Shown piece by piece: positions 9,132-18,743 of a stretch of DNA of 64,000 nt; the stretch's first letter is position 1, and each line of letters opens with the position of its first letter. Where the stretch lies: the NCBI GenBank assembly GCA_002684855.1, contig NYWD01000037.1, positions 1,671 to 65,670 of the forward strand, in the 5' to 3' direction. Source of the stretch: Planctomycetaceae bacterium. Lineage in GTDB: Bacteria > Planctomycetota > Phycisphaerae > Phycisphaerales > SM1A02. The notes beneath the pieces are model-generated. The model ran no database searches, was not told where the DNA came from, and saw only the letters and a list, made by a program, of their open reading frames with translations. The position numbers were made by a program, and so were the translations under genes.

Positions 9132-10604
9132 ATGCAGGAGGAGGAGGCGGACGGCATCGAGGACGGGGTCATCCGATCGGGGCGTCTCGCGGGCAGGTCG
9201 ATGTGGTCCGCCATCGGGATCCTCGCGATCCCGGTCCTCCTGCAACAGACGCTCACCGCGCTGGTGGGCCTCGTGGACAAGATGCTCGCGGGCGGGCTGC
9301 CCGAAGCGATCGTCGTGGCCGCGATGGACGGCGTCGGAATCGGCTCGTTCGTCGGCTGGTTCGTCTCGATCGCCCTGGGCGGGGTGGGCCTGGGCGGCCA
9401 GGCCCTCATCGCGCGAGCGATGGGCTCGGGCGACGGTGACCTCGCGGCCCGCGGGCTGGGGACCACGATCGTGCTGGGCGTCGCGTGGTCGACCCTGGTC
9501 GGGATCGTGATGTGGCTCGCCGTGGCCCCGCTCGCGATGCTGACCGACCTCACCCCGGAAGCCAGTCGGCATGCCGTCGACTACGTGCGGACCATGTCGC
9601 TCGGGATGCCCCTCTGCGGCGTGATGATGGTGGGATCGATGTGCCTCTTCGGCGCAGGCGAGACCCTCAAGCCGAGCCTGATCGCCGCCGCGGTGAACGT
9701 CGTGAACGTGATCTCCTCGTGGCTCCTCTCCGGCGTCACGCTCGAGTTCGGGGACGTCGTCCTCCCGAATCCCGGCGGCGTCGATCCCCTCGAATGGGGC
9801 GTGATCGGGATCGCGGCCGGCACCGCGACCAGCTGGGCGGTCGGCGGGCTCGTCACGCTGCTGGTCCTCTTCCGAGGCGTGAAGGACCTTCGGCTCGAAC
9901 CACCCCGGATGCGGCCCGAACCTTCGATCATGCTGCGGGTGGTCAAGGTCGGGATCCCGACGTTCTTCGAAGGCATCGCCATGTGGGCGGTCAGTCTCAT
10001 CGTCGTCGGCTTCATCGGCCGCATCGCCACCCGCGCCGCGGAGCTCGGCGACGTCGTCGAACCGGGGGGACTCGTCGGTGCGCACATCATCACCGTCCAG
10101 TGGGAGGCCTTCAGCTTCCTGCCGGGCTTCGCGATGGGAACCGCCGCCGGCGCGCTCGCGGGCCAGTACCTCGGCGCCGGCAACCCCCGCATGGCGCGCC
10201 GGGCCCTCGTCGCGTGCACGGTCATCGGCGTGCTGATGATGTCCGCGATGGGCGTGGTCTTCATGATGTTCGGACGCGGCCTGACGGCGATCATCAGCGA
10301 TCAACCGATCCACCTCGAGGAGGTCCCCCGCCTGCTCTTCATCTGCGGGACCACGCAGGCCTTCTTCGCCCTGACCATGGTCCTCCGGCAGGGACTCCGC
10401 GGGGTCGGCGACACCCGCTGGACGCTGCTCATCACCACCTGCTCGAGCTACGGCATCCGCCTTCCCGCCTGCTGGCTGCTGGGGATCCACTTCGAACTCG
10501 GACTGGCCGGCATCTGGATGGGCCTGATGGGCGAAATCGTGGTGCGGGGCGTGCTTTTCCTGATCCGCTTCCTCCACGGTGGCTGGGCGCGAATCGAGGT
10601 CTGA
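9132..10604 (+). CDS. MATE-family efflux transporter
   Basis: About 12 predicted TM helices. The N-terminus MWSAIGILAIPVLLQQTLTALVGLVDKMLAG is typical of MatE. Start taken as the ATG at 9132. Confidence 0.8.
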   Translation: MQEEEADGIEDGVIRSGRLAGRSMWSAIGILAIPVLLQQTLTALVGLVDKMLAGGLPEAIVVAAMDGVGIGSFVGWFVSIALGGVGLGGQALIARAMGSGDGDLAARGLGTTIVLGVAWSTLVGIVMWLAVAPLAMLTDLTPEASRHAVDYVRTMSLGMPLCGVMMVGSMCLFGAGETLKPSLIAAAVNVVNVISSWLLSGVTLEFGDVVLPNPGGVDPLEWGVIGIAAGTATSWAVGGLVTLLVLFRGVKDLRLEPPRMRPEPSIMLRVVKVGIPTFFEGIAMWAVSLIVVGFIGRIATRAAELGDVVEPGGLVGAHIITVQWEAFSFLPGFAMGTAAGALAGQYLGAGNPRMARRALVACTVIGVLMMSAMGVVFMMFGRGLTAIISDQPIHLEEVPRLLFICGTTQAFFALTMVLRQGLRGVGDTRWTLLITTCSSYGIRLPACWLLGIHFELGLAGIWMGLMGEIVVRGVLFLIRFLHGGWARIEV

Positions 10605-10706
10605 AGGTCCGAGAGCCCCCGCCGACATCGCCGAGACGGGTTTTCCCGGCTAGCATCGGGGAGTTCGACCCCGAGCCCCCGTCGATCCGTCTCCTGGAAT
10701 CACTCG

Positions 10707-12170
10707 ATGATCACCCCGGAACCAGAACGCCCGCAGCGACCGAACGTCGATCCCGGCGCGGATCCCCTCGATCCCGGCTTCCAGGACGCGCTGGTCGCCG
10801 GGGAGACCCGGATGACGCCGGAACAGGCCCTGGCCGCCTGGCATCGCATGCCGATCGCCGACCTCGGCCGACTCGCGGATCGACGCTGCCGGGAGATCCA
10901 CGGCGATTCCGTTCGAACCTACGTGATCGACCGCAACATCAACTACACCAACGTGTGCACCGCGAAATGCACCTTCTGCGCCTTCCGCCGCACCCAGGAG
11001 GACGAGGACGCGTACACGCTGGAGTACGAGCAGCTCCTCCAGAAGATCCGCGAGGTCGTGGCCATTGGCGGCACGCAGATCCTGATGCAGGGCGGGATGA
11101 ATCCGGAGCTGCCGCTGGAGTGGTACGTGGAGCTCCTTCGCCGGATCAAGTCCGAGTTCCCCGACCTTCACGTCCATGCCTTCAGCCCCCCCGAGTTCAT
11201 CGAGTTCGTGAACTTCTTCGATCCACCCGGGGACACCCTCGCGGACAAGCTTCGAACCGTCTTCGCGCCACTGGTCGAGGCGGGCCTCGATTCCCTCCCG
11301 GGCGGCGGTGGCGAGATCTTCGCCGACGCGGTCCGCCGCCGGATCGGGCTTGGAAAGTGCACCGCGGAGGCGTGGCTCACCGTGATGCGGGTCGCCCACG
11401 AGTTCGGTCTCAACACCTCGGCCACCATGATGTTCGGTCACATCGAGGGGATCGGCGACCGCATCCATCACATGGAACTGGTTCGTCGCTGGCAGGATTC
11501 GGCCATCCGGGACTTCGCGTCCGATGGTGGCGGCCGGTATCACGCCTTCATCTCCTGGCCGTTCCAGCCCGACAACACGCCGCTCGGTCGGGTGAAGCGG
11601 TGGGGCGAGACCGAAGGAGACGATCCGGATGCCCCGTTCCCCGGCGACGTGGTCGGGCTCCTCGACGGCTCCGGCGACCGGTCGCTCCACCGCGAGTTCG
11701 GCCGCCGGATCCGGCTGGCGGGTGCCACCACCTACCTTCGCACCCAGGCGCTGAGCCGTCTCTACCTCGACAACATCTGGTCCATCGGATCGAGCTGGGT
11801 CACGATGGGCCCGCACGTCGGCCAGGTCGGCCTCCGGTTCGGCGCCAACGACATGGGGTCGGTGATGATGGAGGAGAACGTGGTGTCCTCCGCCGGCACC
11901 GCGCACTGCCTCAACGAGCCGATGATCTGCCGACTGATCCGGGACGCCGGATTCGTTCCCGCCCAGCGCGACAACGACTATCGCGTGCTCCGACCGCACT
12001 TCGCACCGGGAGGACCGGACCTCGAGGTCGAGGACTGGTCGAAGTATCGCGCCACGTCGCTGCACCGGCAGACCGAGGACGCGGAGGAGGGTGCGGGATG
12101 CGGGTCCCACTTCGGAACGACCAGCGGCGACGCCTCCGCGATCGTCGATCTCACGGTCAAGGGCGACTGA
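10707..12170 (+). CDS. radical SAM futalosine-pathway enzyme (MqnC/MqnE family)
   Basis: DRNINYTNVCTAKCTFCAF is a CxxxCxxC radical SAM cluster motif. GGTQILMQGG and FGANDMGSVMMEENV are typical of MqnC/MqnE. The protein is longer than usual (insertion plus C-terminal tail). Confidence 0.8.
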   Translation: MITPEPERPQRPNVDPGADPLDPGFQDALVAGETRMTPEQALAAWHRMPIADLGRLADRRCREIHGDSVRTYVIDRNINYTNVCTAKCTFCAFRRTQEDEDAYTLEYEQLLQKIREVVAIGGTQILMQGGMNPELPLEWYVELLRRIKSEFPDLHVHAFSPPEFIEFVNFFDPPGDTLADKLRTVFAPLVEAGLDSLPGGGGEIFADAVRRRIGLGKCTAEAWLTVMRVAHEFGLNTSATMMFGHIEGIGDRIHHMELVRRWQDSAIRDFASDGGGRYHAFISWPFQPDNTPLGRVKRWGETEGDDPDAPFPGDVVGLLDGSGDRSLHREFGRRIRLAGATTYLRTQALSRLYLDNIWSIGSSWVTMGPHVGQVGLRFGANDMGSVMMEENVVSSAGTAHCLNEPMICRLIRDAGFVPAQRDNDYRVLRPHFAPGGPDLEVEDWSKYRATSLHRQTEDAEEGAGCGSHFGTTSGDASAIVDLTVKGD

Positions 12171-12194
12171 TCGCGAAGTCGGTGCGGGGTCCGT

Positions 12195-13640
12195 TCAGGA
12201 TCCTCCGGTCAGATCCGGGCGTTCCGTCGCGGAAGCGCCGGCGAGCCATCGGTCGACCAGCATCGGATCGACGGGAGACTCCACCCCCAGCCCGAGAAAC
12301 GCGAGTTTCGAGACCAGCGTCTCGAGGAAGTCGGCTGCTTCGACGTGGAGACGGATCCGATCCTTCCCGTCGATCACGATCACCGCGATCCGGTCCGGAT
12401 CGGCCGGATCCGAGCGAATCCCGATCACCGCCTTCGAGGACGCTTCGCCGGACGGCGCGGGCACGACCGTGAGCCAGAGGTCCCCGCCGTTCAGGTTGAT
12501 GCATCCCCCCTGGGAGACCGAGATGATCTGGAAGTCGAACGGATCCTGGAGCGGCGGGTCGAGGTCTCGGAGCCTTTCCGCCAGTTCGATGCGGAGGAGC
12601 GCCGCTGGATCCGACGATGCGGAGAGTTCGGGCAGCAGTTCCCGCACGATCCGTTCGACGTTCCGCTCCCGTGCATCGACCGATCCGATCGACTCGGTCG
12701 GTATCGCGGTCGCCGCCGGCCTCGGAGGCGGCATCGTCATCCTCGCGGTGGTGGCGGACATGCCGGAGACGATCGTCAGGACGATGATCGCGAACAACAA
12801 CAGCACGGGCATCAGCAGCACCGCGAAGGACGCCCGAAGACCGCTGACCCGCTGTCCGGCGGAGAGGAGGAGGATGATGGCGACGAGGGACCAGATTCCG
12901 CTCACCTGGCTGCCGCAGTACGGACCGAGACAGGGGATCGCGACCAGGATCGCCGGTCCGCAACCGAAGCATGCGAGCGACATGGTTCGCCCGATTCCAT
13001 CCTGCACGGGTCCGGTGAGCCGGAGCACCAGATGGCCGGCCGCCGCGATCGCCACCACGGTCAGCAGGGTCGAAGTGACCGTCGTCACGCCCATCATCCC
13101 GATGTAGAACGCCGCGAGGGCGAGGCCGGGTCCTCCACCGGCGTTGAGCGCCCCCTGCCAGATCGGGACGGCCACCACCACGACGAAGATCGGAAGCACC
13201 CCGAAGCACAGCAGGAGGAGGTTGATCATCGCCAGGAACTGGAACCCGGGGAGCGGGCCGGACTTCGGGGGAATGCCCCGGGCGAGATCACCGGGCCGCA
13301 CCATCGCCCAGCCCGCGGTGAGGAGCGTCCGCTTGAAGATTCCTCGGGACGCGTCGAACCACGGTGCCACCGCGTTCTCGATCCCGTCCTTGCCGACGAG
13401 CGGACGGATCACGCATTCGTCCTGGGTGATCCGGGTGCCGCATTCGACGCAATCGAAGTCCGCGGGATCGAGCAGACCGTCGGCGGTGTCCCCGTAGTAG
13501 GCCTGGTCGCAGTGCGGGCAGCAGAAGCGCACCTCGCCGATCTTGAAGACGAAGTCGCCCGGCCGGAAGCCCCCGCCGCACTCCGGGCAGCTTCCCGGGG
13601 GGAGGTTCCACAGCGGGTATTCGCACTGCCTGCATCGCAT
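12195..13640 (-). CDS. double zinc-ribbon, multi-pass membrane protein with a C-terminal soluble domain (hypothetical)
   Basis: ATG at 13640 is preceded by GAGGGAG. MRCRQCEYPLWNLPPGSCPECG and CCPHCDQ...CVECG form two Cys4 ribbons. About 6 TM helices follow, then a soluble domain of about 170 aa. Confidence 0.65.
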   Translation of the reverse strand: MRCRQCEYPLWNLPPGSCPECGGGFRPGDFVFKIGEVRFCCPHCDQAYYGDTADGLLDPADFDCVECGTRITQDECVIRPLVGKDGIENAVAPWFDASRGIFKRTLLTAGWAMVRPGDLARGIPPKSGPLPGFQFLAMINLLLLCFGVLPIFVVVVAVPIWQGALNAGGGPGLALAAFYIGMMGVTTVTSTLLTVVAIAAAGHLVLRLTGPVQDGIGRTMSLACFGCGPAILVAIPCLGPYCGSQVSGIWSLVAIILLLSAGQRVSGLRASFAVLLMPVLLLFAIIVLTIVSGMSATTARMTMPPPRPAATAIPTESIGSVDARERNVERIVRELLPELSASSDPAALLRIELAERLRDLDPPLQDPFDFQIISVSQGGCINLNGGDLWLTVVPAPSGEASSKAVIGIRSDPADPDRIAVIVIDGKDRIRLHVEAADFLETLVSKLAFLGLGVESPVDPMLVDRWLAGASATERPDLTGGS

Positions 13641-13723
13641 GAGGACGCTCCCTCGGCGGAATGCGCCGTTCCGTTCGTGTTCCACCCATCAGGACCCGGA
13701 AGGACCGGCGACGCCGGAGCGGA

Positions 13724-14596
13724 TCAGTCTTCCGGACATCCTTCGGAGACCCGTCGCCGGAACTCCGCGACCAGACGGCGGGTGATCTCGCCCATCCGAC
13801 CGGTTCCGATCACCGCATCGTCGATTCGAGAGACGCCGATCACCTCCGCCGCGGTGCCCGTGAGGAAGACCTCGTCGGCCTCCAGCAGGGTCTCGATTCC
13901 GAAGACCGCCTCCTCGACCTCGAATCCGCAGGCCGGGGCGATTTCACGCATCACGAAGCGGCGGGTCACCCCGTGGAGGATCCCCGTGCTGGTCGCGGGC
14001 GTGATGATCCTCCCGTCCTTCACGGCGAAGATGTTGTCGCCGGTGCATTCCGCGACCTGGCCGTCGGTGTTGAGCATGATCGCCTCGAGGACGCCGGCTT
14101 CGATCGCCTCCACCTTCGCGAGGATGTTGTTGAGGTAGTTCAGGCTCTTGATCCGCGGGTCGAGGCACTCGATCGGGATGCGCGGGCGCTTCGCGACGAC
14201 CACCTTCATCCCCTCCTCGTAGAGCTCCTCGGGATAGAGCTGGATCCGATCGGCGATGATGAAGGTTCCGGGTTCGGGGCAGCGAAACGGGTGCAGCCCG
14301 AGCGTGCCGACGCCCCGGGTGAAGACCAGTCGGATGTAGCCGTCCTCGATCCCGTTGGCATCGACGGTGGCCCGAACCGCGTCCTCGATCTCCTCGAGGT
14401 CGTAGGCGGGCTTGAGGTGGATGAGGGCCGCCGATTCGTACATCCTGGCGAGATGCGTCTTGAGCTTCAGGATCCTGCCGCCGTAGGCGCGGATCCCCTC
14501 GAAGCATCCATCGCCGTAGAGCAGCCCGTGATCGAAGACCGAGACCATCGCCTCGTCCTTGGGAACCAGTTTTCCGTCAAGCCAGATGTAGGACAT
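13724..14596 (-). CDS. ilvE: branched-chain amino acid aminotransferase (class IV)
   Basis: Full-length match in style to IlvE: DHGLLYGDGCFEGIRAY, RIKSLNYLNNILAK, EVFLTGTAAEV. Confidence 0.9.
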   Translation of the reverse strand: MSYIWLDGKLVPKDEAMVSVFDHGLLYGDGCFEGIRAYGGRILKLKTHLARMYESAALIHLKPAYDLEEIEDAVRATVDANGIEDGYIRLVFTRGVGTLGLHPFRCPEPGTFIIADRIQLYPEELYEEGMKVVVAKRPRIPIECLDPRIKSLNYLNNILAKVEAIEAGVLEAIMLNTDGQVAECTGDNIFAVKDGRIITPATSTGILHGVTRRFVMREIAPACGFEVEEAVFGIETLLEADEVFLTGTAAEVIGVSRIDDAVIGTGRMGEITRRLVAEFRRRVSEGCPED

Positions 14597-14605
14597 GGGG
14601 GGACC

Positions 14606-14611
14606 ATTCTA
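14606..14611 (-). promoter_or_regulatory. -10-like hexamer TAGAAT, 9 nt upstream of the ilvE ATG
   Basis: Minus strand reads TAGAAT-ggtcccccc-ATG. Confidence 0.3.
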
Positions 14612-14651
14612 CCGACTTCGCCGGGGCTGCGAATCGACGCCGCCGCATCGT

Positions 14652-15887
14652 TCAGGAGCCGCACGGGCCCCAGTTCGACAGGAGCAGCCCGAGGTCGCCG
14701 GCCCCGACCACCCCATCCTCGTCGATGTCGGATCGGCAGCCGTCCCGCCCGCCCCAGTCGAGCAGCATCGCCCCGAGGTCGACCCCGTCCACCCGGGCGT
14801 CACGATCGAGATCGCCGCTGCAGAACGCGATCGCGGTGCGAATCGCGCCGGATCCCAGCCCCTTCGCCACCACGTCGACGAGGGGTCGCGAGGATTCGTC
14901 GTGCGGTTCGGCGATCGATCGGGGAACCTCGATCTGCCCCCCCGAGTTGTAGCCCCAGCACGCGACGCTTCCGTCCTCGTGCAGCAGGACCGTGTGGCCC
15001 TGGCCGGCGGCCAGTGCGATCCCGGGTCGCGTCGGCGTTCCGATCCCGCGGGGCACCGAGAGCTGGCCCACGCTGTCGTCTCCCCAGCACCGCACCGAGC
15101 CGTCCTCCAGCAGCACCACCGTGTGGGAGTAACCGGTCGCGATCGCGATGACCCGATCGCCGGGTCCGCCGACGCCCTCGGGGATGTCGCACTGCCCATG
15201 GAAGTTGGCGCCCCAGCAGCGGATCGATCCGTCGTCCATCAGCCCGATCGTGTGGTTCTCCCCGACGCTCAGTCGCCGAAGGCCGCGTTCGGGCAGGTCC
15301 GTGAAGGGATCGCAGTCCTGGGCCGCCGCATTGCCCCAGCAGGCGACGGAACCGTCCATCATCAGCGCCGTCGTGCTGTAGACCCCGGCGTGGACGGAGC
15401 GCACCGGGTTGTCCGGCGAGCCCACCCACGGCGGGACGACGCATTCGCCGTACTCGTTCTCGCCCCAGCACCGGACGGAACCGTCGGCGAGCACCACCGC
15501 GGTGTGCCCCTCCCCCGCCGACGCCTGCACCGCCGGGACCTGGAACGGTCCGGGACCGACGTCCCCCGGAATCTCGCACTCGCCGAAGAAGTTGCTTCCC
15601 CAGCATTCGATGGTGCCGTCCTCGAGCACCGCCGCGGCATGCAGGATCCCCATCGAGAGCTGGGCGACGGAGCCACGGATGCAGGGATCGGAGTGGTAGT
15701 AGGGCGTGCCCCAGAACACGAAGTCGTCCGCGGCCTCGACGTCTCCGGAACCTCCCGCCGCGGCGACCCCGAGACCGCTCGCGAGGACGGTCGCCGCGGT
15801 GATCGCGGACTTCCGGCGGCGGGCGCGAGCCGCGTCCCCACGGAGGGTGAAGCGTGGTGTCACCGTCGATGCCCTGGATCCGACCAT
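14652..15887 (-). CDS. secreted RCC1-repeat beta-propeller protein with a dockerin-like C-terminal double repeat
   Basis: Tat-like signal ARRRKSAITAATVLASGLGVAAA. Six or more repeats of the form G..H..(L/V)..DG.(V/I).CWG.N..G(Q/E)C. The C-terminus reads DLDRDARVDGVDLGAMLLDWGGRDGCRSDIDEDGVVGAGDLGLLLSNWGPCGS. Confidence 0.8.
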   Translation of the reverse strand: MVGSRASTVTPRFTLRGDAARARRRKSAITAATVLASGLGVAAAGGSGDVEAADDFVFWGTPYYHSDPCIRGSVAQLSMGILHAAAVLEDGTIECWGSNFFGECEIPGDVGPGPFQVPAVQASAGEGHTAVVLADGSVRCWGENEYGECVVPPWVGSPDNPVRSVHAGVYSTTALMMDGSVACWGNAAAQDCDPFTDLPERGLRRLSVGENHTIGLMDDGSIRCWGANFHGQCDIPEGVGGPGDRVIAIATGYSHTVVLLEDGSVRCWGDDSVGQLSVPRGIGTPTRPGIALAAGQGHTVLLHEDGSVACWGYNSGGQIEVPRSIAEPHDESSRPLVDVVAKGLGSGAIRTAIAFCSGDLDRDARVDGVDLGAMLLDWGGRDGCRSDIDEDGVVGAGDLGLLLSNWGPCGS

Positions 15888-15992
15888 GTCTTCATCGTAT
15901 CGAGCCGGCGATGAATCACCTCGAAACGCGGTTGGCGGGGCCGTGAGGCGCCGCGGAACGCCCCCCCGCGCCCGGTCCGCCCGCCGGTCGGT

Positions 15993-17492
15993 TCAGGCGT
16001 GGATCTTGCGACGTCGGGCGGGTGGGATGTCGAGTTGCTCCCGGTACTTCACGACGGTGCGTCGCGCGATCTCGACCCCTCGCTCGGCGAGCGCGTCGGC
16101 GAGCTTCTGGTCGCTGAGCGGCTTCGCCTTGTCCTCCGCATCGACGATCTCGCGCAGCATCTCCTTGATCGCCTCCCAGCTCCGATCGTCGCCGGCGTCG
16201 GATTCGCGCCCCCCCGAGAAGAATCGACGAAGCGGGAACATGCCGCGCGGCGTCTGCATCCACTTCTCGCTGACCGCCCGGCTGACCGTCGCGACATGCA
16301 CCCCGAGTTGATCCGCGACCTCCGTCATGGGGAGCGGCTTGAGGAACTGCGGACCGTGATCGAAGAACTCCCGCTGTCGCGAGAGGACCACCCGCACCAC
16401 CCGGAGCAGCGTGTTCGTACGCTGGTTGACCGCGTCGATGAGCCAGGTGGCGTCGCGGATCGCGTCGTCGATGAAACCCCGGTCCTTCTTCTCGAGTTTC
16501 GCGTCGCCCTTCATGCCCTCGACCTGGGGATTGATCCGCAACGGGGGGATGATGCCGTCGGCGAGCGCAGCCACGTACGTGTCGGATTCGGGCTCGTACT
16601 CGACGAGCACGTCGGGGACGATCACCCCCGCGTCCGGGTTGACGAGTTCGCGACCGGGCCAGAGCGTGAGTCGGCGCATCAGTTCCTTCGCCGCCTGCAC
16701 CCGGTCGAGGGACATCTCCGCGTCCTTCGCGATCTTCGGGAGTCGGTTCTCGACGAGATCCTCGAAGTGCTCCCCCACGAGCACCGCGGCATCGGTCCAG
16801 GCACCGTCCGCGTCGCCCTCCTGCTCCGCGATCGAATCGATCTGGAGCAACAGGGATTCCTGCTTCGATCTCGCCATCAGTCCGGGTGGATCGAGCACCC
16901 GTTGGAGGCGATGGAGGGTGGTTTCGAGGAGTTCGAACGACCAGCCCTCGATGCCGAGGTCGGCACCCTGTTCGACGATCGTGTCGAGATCGGTCTCGAG
17001 CAGTCCGTCGTCGTCGACGTATTCGATGAGTCGCCGACCCGCCGCCGCGACGTTCTCGACCGCATCGACGAACCGCCACTGCGCCTCGAGCTGCGCCGCG
17101 AGTCCGAGTCCGCGTCCCTCGGTGTTCGCCATCGCGTCCATCTTCCGGTCGCGGTCCCCGGCGGAGGCGGCGCGACGCGACCCGTAGTCGTCCGCGTCCC
17201 AGATCTCCCGGTATCGGTTCTCGAGGTCCGCGAGCCGGCCGAAGTCCTCGCCCGCGATGAATTCACGTTCGGTCTCCGCGACATCGCCGCCGGCTTCGCG
17301 ATCGGCGGGGCTCCCTTCACCCGGTTCGACGAGTTCGAGCGCGACGTTCTTCTCGAGCTCCTGCTCGATCCGCTCCTGCAGCGCAGCGAGCGGCAGCTGG
17401 AGGATCTCCATCGACTGGATCATCCTCGGGGCCAGCTTCATCTGCTGGCCGAGCTTCATCTGTTGACGCGTGTCGAATCGCATCACGGTCAT
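15993..17492 (-). CDS. rpoN: RNA polymerase sigma-54 factor
   Basis: ATG at 17492 (MTVMRFDTRQQMKLGQQMKLAPRMIQSMEILQLP). HTH region and RpoN box ARRTVVKYREQL at the C-terminus. Confidence 0.9.
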   Translation of the reverse strand: MTVMRFDTRQQMKLGQQMKLAPRMIQSMEILQLPLAALQERIEQELEKNVALELVEPGEGSPADREAGGDVAETEREFIAGEDFGRLADLENRYREIWDADDYGSRRAASAGDRDRKMDAMANTEGRGLGLAAQLEAQWRFVDAVENVAAAGRRLIEYVDDDGLLETDLDTIVEQGADLGIEGWSFELLETTLHRLQRVLDPPGLMARSKQESLLLQIDSIAEQEGDADGAWTDAAVLVGEHFEDLVENRLPKIAKDAEMSLDRVQAAKELMRRLTLWPGRELVNPDAGVIVPDVLVEYEPESDTYVAALADGIIPPLRINPQVEGMKGDAKLEKKDRGFIDDAIRDATWLIDAVNQRTNTLLRVVRVVLSRQREFFDHGPQFLKPLPMTEVADQLGVHVATVSRAVSEKWMQTPRGMFPLRRFFSGGRESDAGDDRSWEAIKEMLREIVDAEDKAKPLSDQKLADALAERGVEIARRTVVKYREQLDIPPARRRKIHA

Positions 17493-17713
17493 GGCGAGGT
17501 CTTTCCGGAACGGAGACGCGCTCCCTCGGCGTCGTGCCTGCTGGCGCCGCGGGGCGTCGATCCATCGACGCCCGACCATCGCGGGCCGTTCCGGGGTCCG
17601 ACCATGCGGGTGCATGGTATCGCCCCGTCCGGGAAAACGATCTCCGAACGAGAATCCTCGACGAACGCCCTCGTTTCGGGATCGCCGGGGGAACCCCGGA
17701 TTCCATCGACGCG

Positions 17714-18337
17714 TCAGTCGATCGGACGCCGTTCGGTGATGGCGTCCGCGAGCACCGCCCGACTCGCGTACTCGATCTGGGAGCCCGATGGCAGACCCCG
17801 GGCGAGCCGGGTGGTCGAGATCCCGAGTCGACGGGCCTCCTCGGCGATGTGGAGCGCGGTGGTGTCGCCCTCCATGTCCGGATTGAGCCCGAGGACGATC
17901 TCCCGGACCGGGATGCCCCGGGCGTTCCGTCCCGACTCCCGGAGCCGGGCGATCAGGTCGTCCACGGTCAGGCCGTCGGGCCCCACCCCGTCGAGGGGAT
18001 CCAGTCGACCGAGGAGGACGTGGTACACGCCGGCATGCATGCCGGTCTGCTCGAGGCTGATCAGGTCGCGAGGTTGCTCCACGACGAGGACGACCGAGGC
18101 GTCGCGCTTCGGATCGCTGCAGATCGGACAGGGATCGACGTCGGCCAGGTTCCAGCAGATCGAGCAGTGCCGGACCGACTCCTTCACCCGCGTGATCGAG
18201 CGGGCGAGTCCGAGCGCCTCGTCACTGGAACTCTTCAGCACGAAGAAGGCGAGCCGCTCGGCGCTCCGGCGGCCGATGCCGGGAAGCCGCGCAAACTCGT
18301 CGATGAGGTTCGAAACGCTTTCGGGGTACGCGGCCAT
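17714..18337 (-). CDS. recR: recombination protein RecR
   Basis: LPGIGRRSAERLAFF helix-hairpin-helix, CSICWNL...CPIC zinc finger and a Toprim region. GAGGAGG Shine-Dalgarno upstream. Confidence 0.92.
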   Translation of the reverse strand: MAAYPESVSNLIDEFARLPGIGRRSAERLAFFVLKSSSDEALGLARSITRVKESVRHCSICWNLADVDPCPICSDPKRDASVVLVVEQPRDLISLEQTGMHAGVYHVLLGRLDPLDGVGPDGLTVDDLIARLRESGRNARGIPVREIVLGLNPDMEGDTTALHIAEEARRLGISTTRLARGLPSGSQIEYASRAVLADAITERRPID

Positions 18338-18365
18338 GGACGCCTGCCTCCTCGCGATCCGGGGT

Positions 18366-18743
18366 TCACATGAGGCCCGGCAGACCGCCGGGGGGAAGCG
18401 GGATGTTCAGTTCCGAGGCGACCGACTTCAGGCGCTCCCCGATCATGTCCTGCGCCCGCTCGAGCGCCGCGTTCACGGCGCTCGCGATGAGGTCCTCGGC
18501 CATCCCGCGATCGGTCTCCTCCCCGTCCTTGACGAGGATCGCGAGCATGACCGGATCGACGTCGATCGATCGGATCCGCATCTTTCCGTCGGCCACCGCG
18601 GTCACCGCCCCACCGCCGACCTGCGCCTCGACCGTCGTCTCCGCCAGTTCGGCGCGAGCCTGTTCGAGCCGCTCCTTGATCCGGGGGAGGTCCTTCATGA
18701 GACCACCGAGGCCCGCCATTCCCTTCAGTGCATCGAACATCAT
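18366..18743 (-). CDS. ybaB: YbaB/EbfC nucleoid-associated protein
   Basis: ATG at 18743 (MMFDALKGMAGLGGLMKDLPRIKERLEQ...), 125 aa. The start overlaps the dnaX stop (ATGA). Confidence 0.85.
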   Translation of the reverse strand: MMFDALKGMAGLGGLMKDLPRIKERLEQARAELAETTVEAQVGGGAVTAVADGKMRIRSIDVDPVMLAILVKDGEETDRGMAEDLIASAVNAALERAQDMIGERLKSVASELNIPLPPGGLPGLM

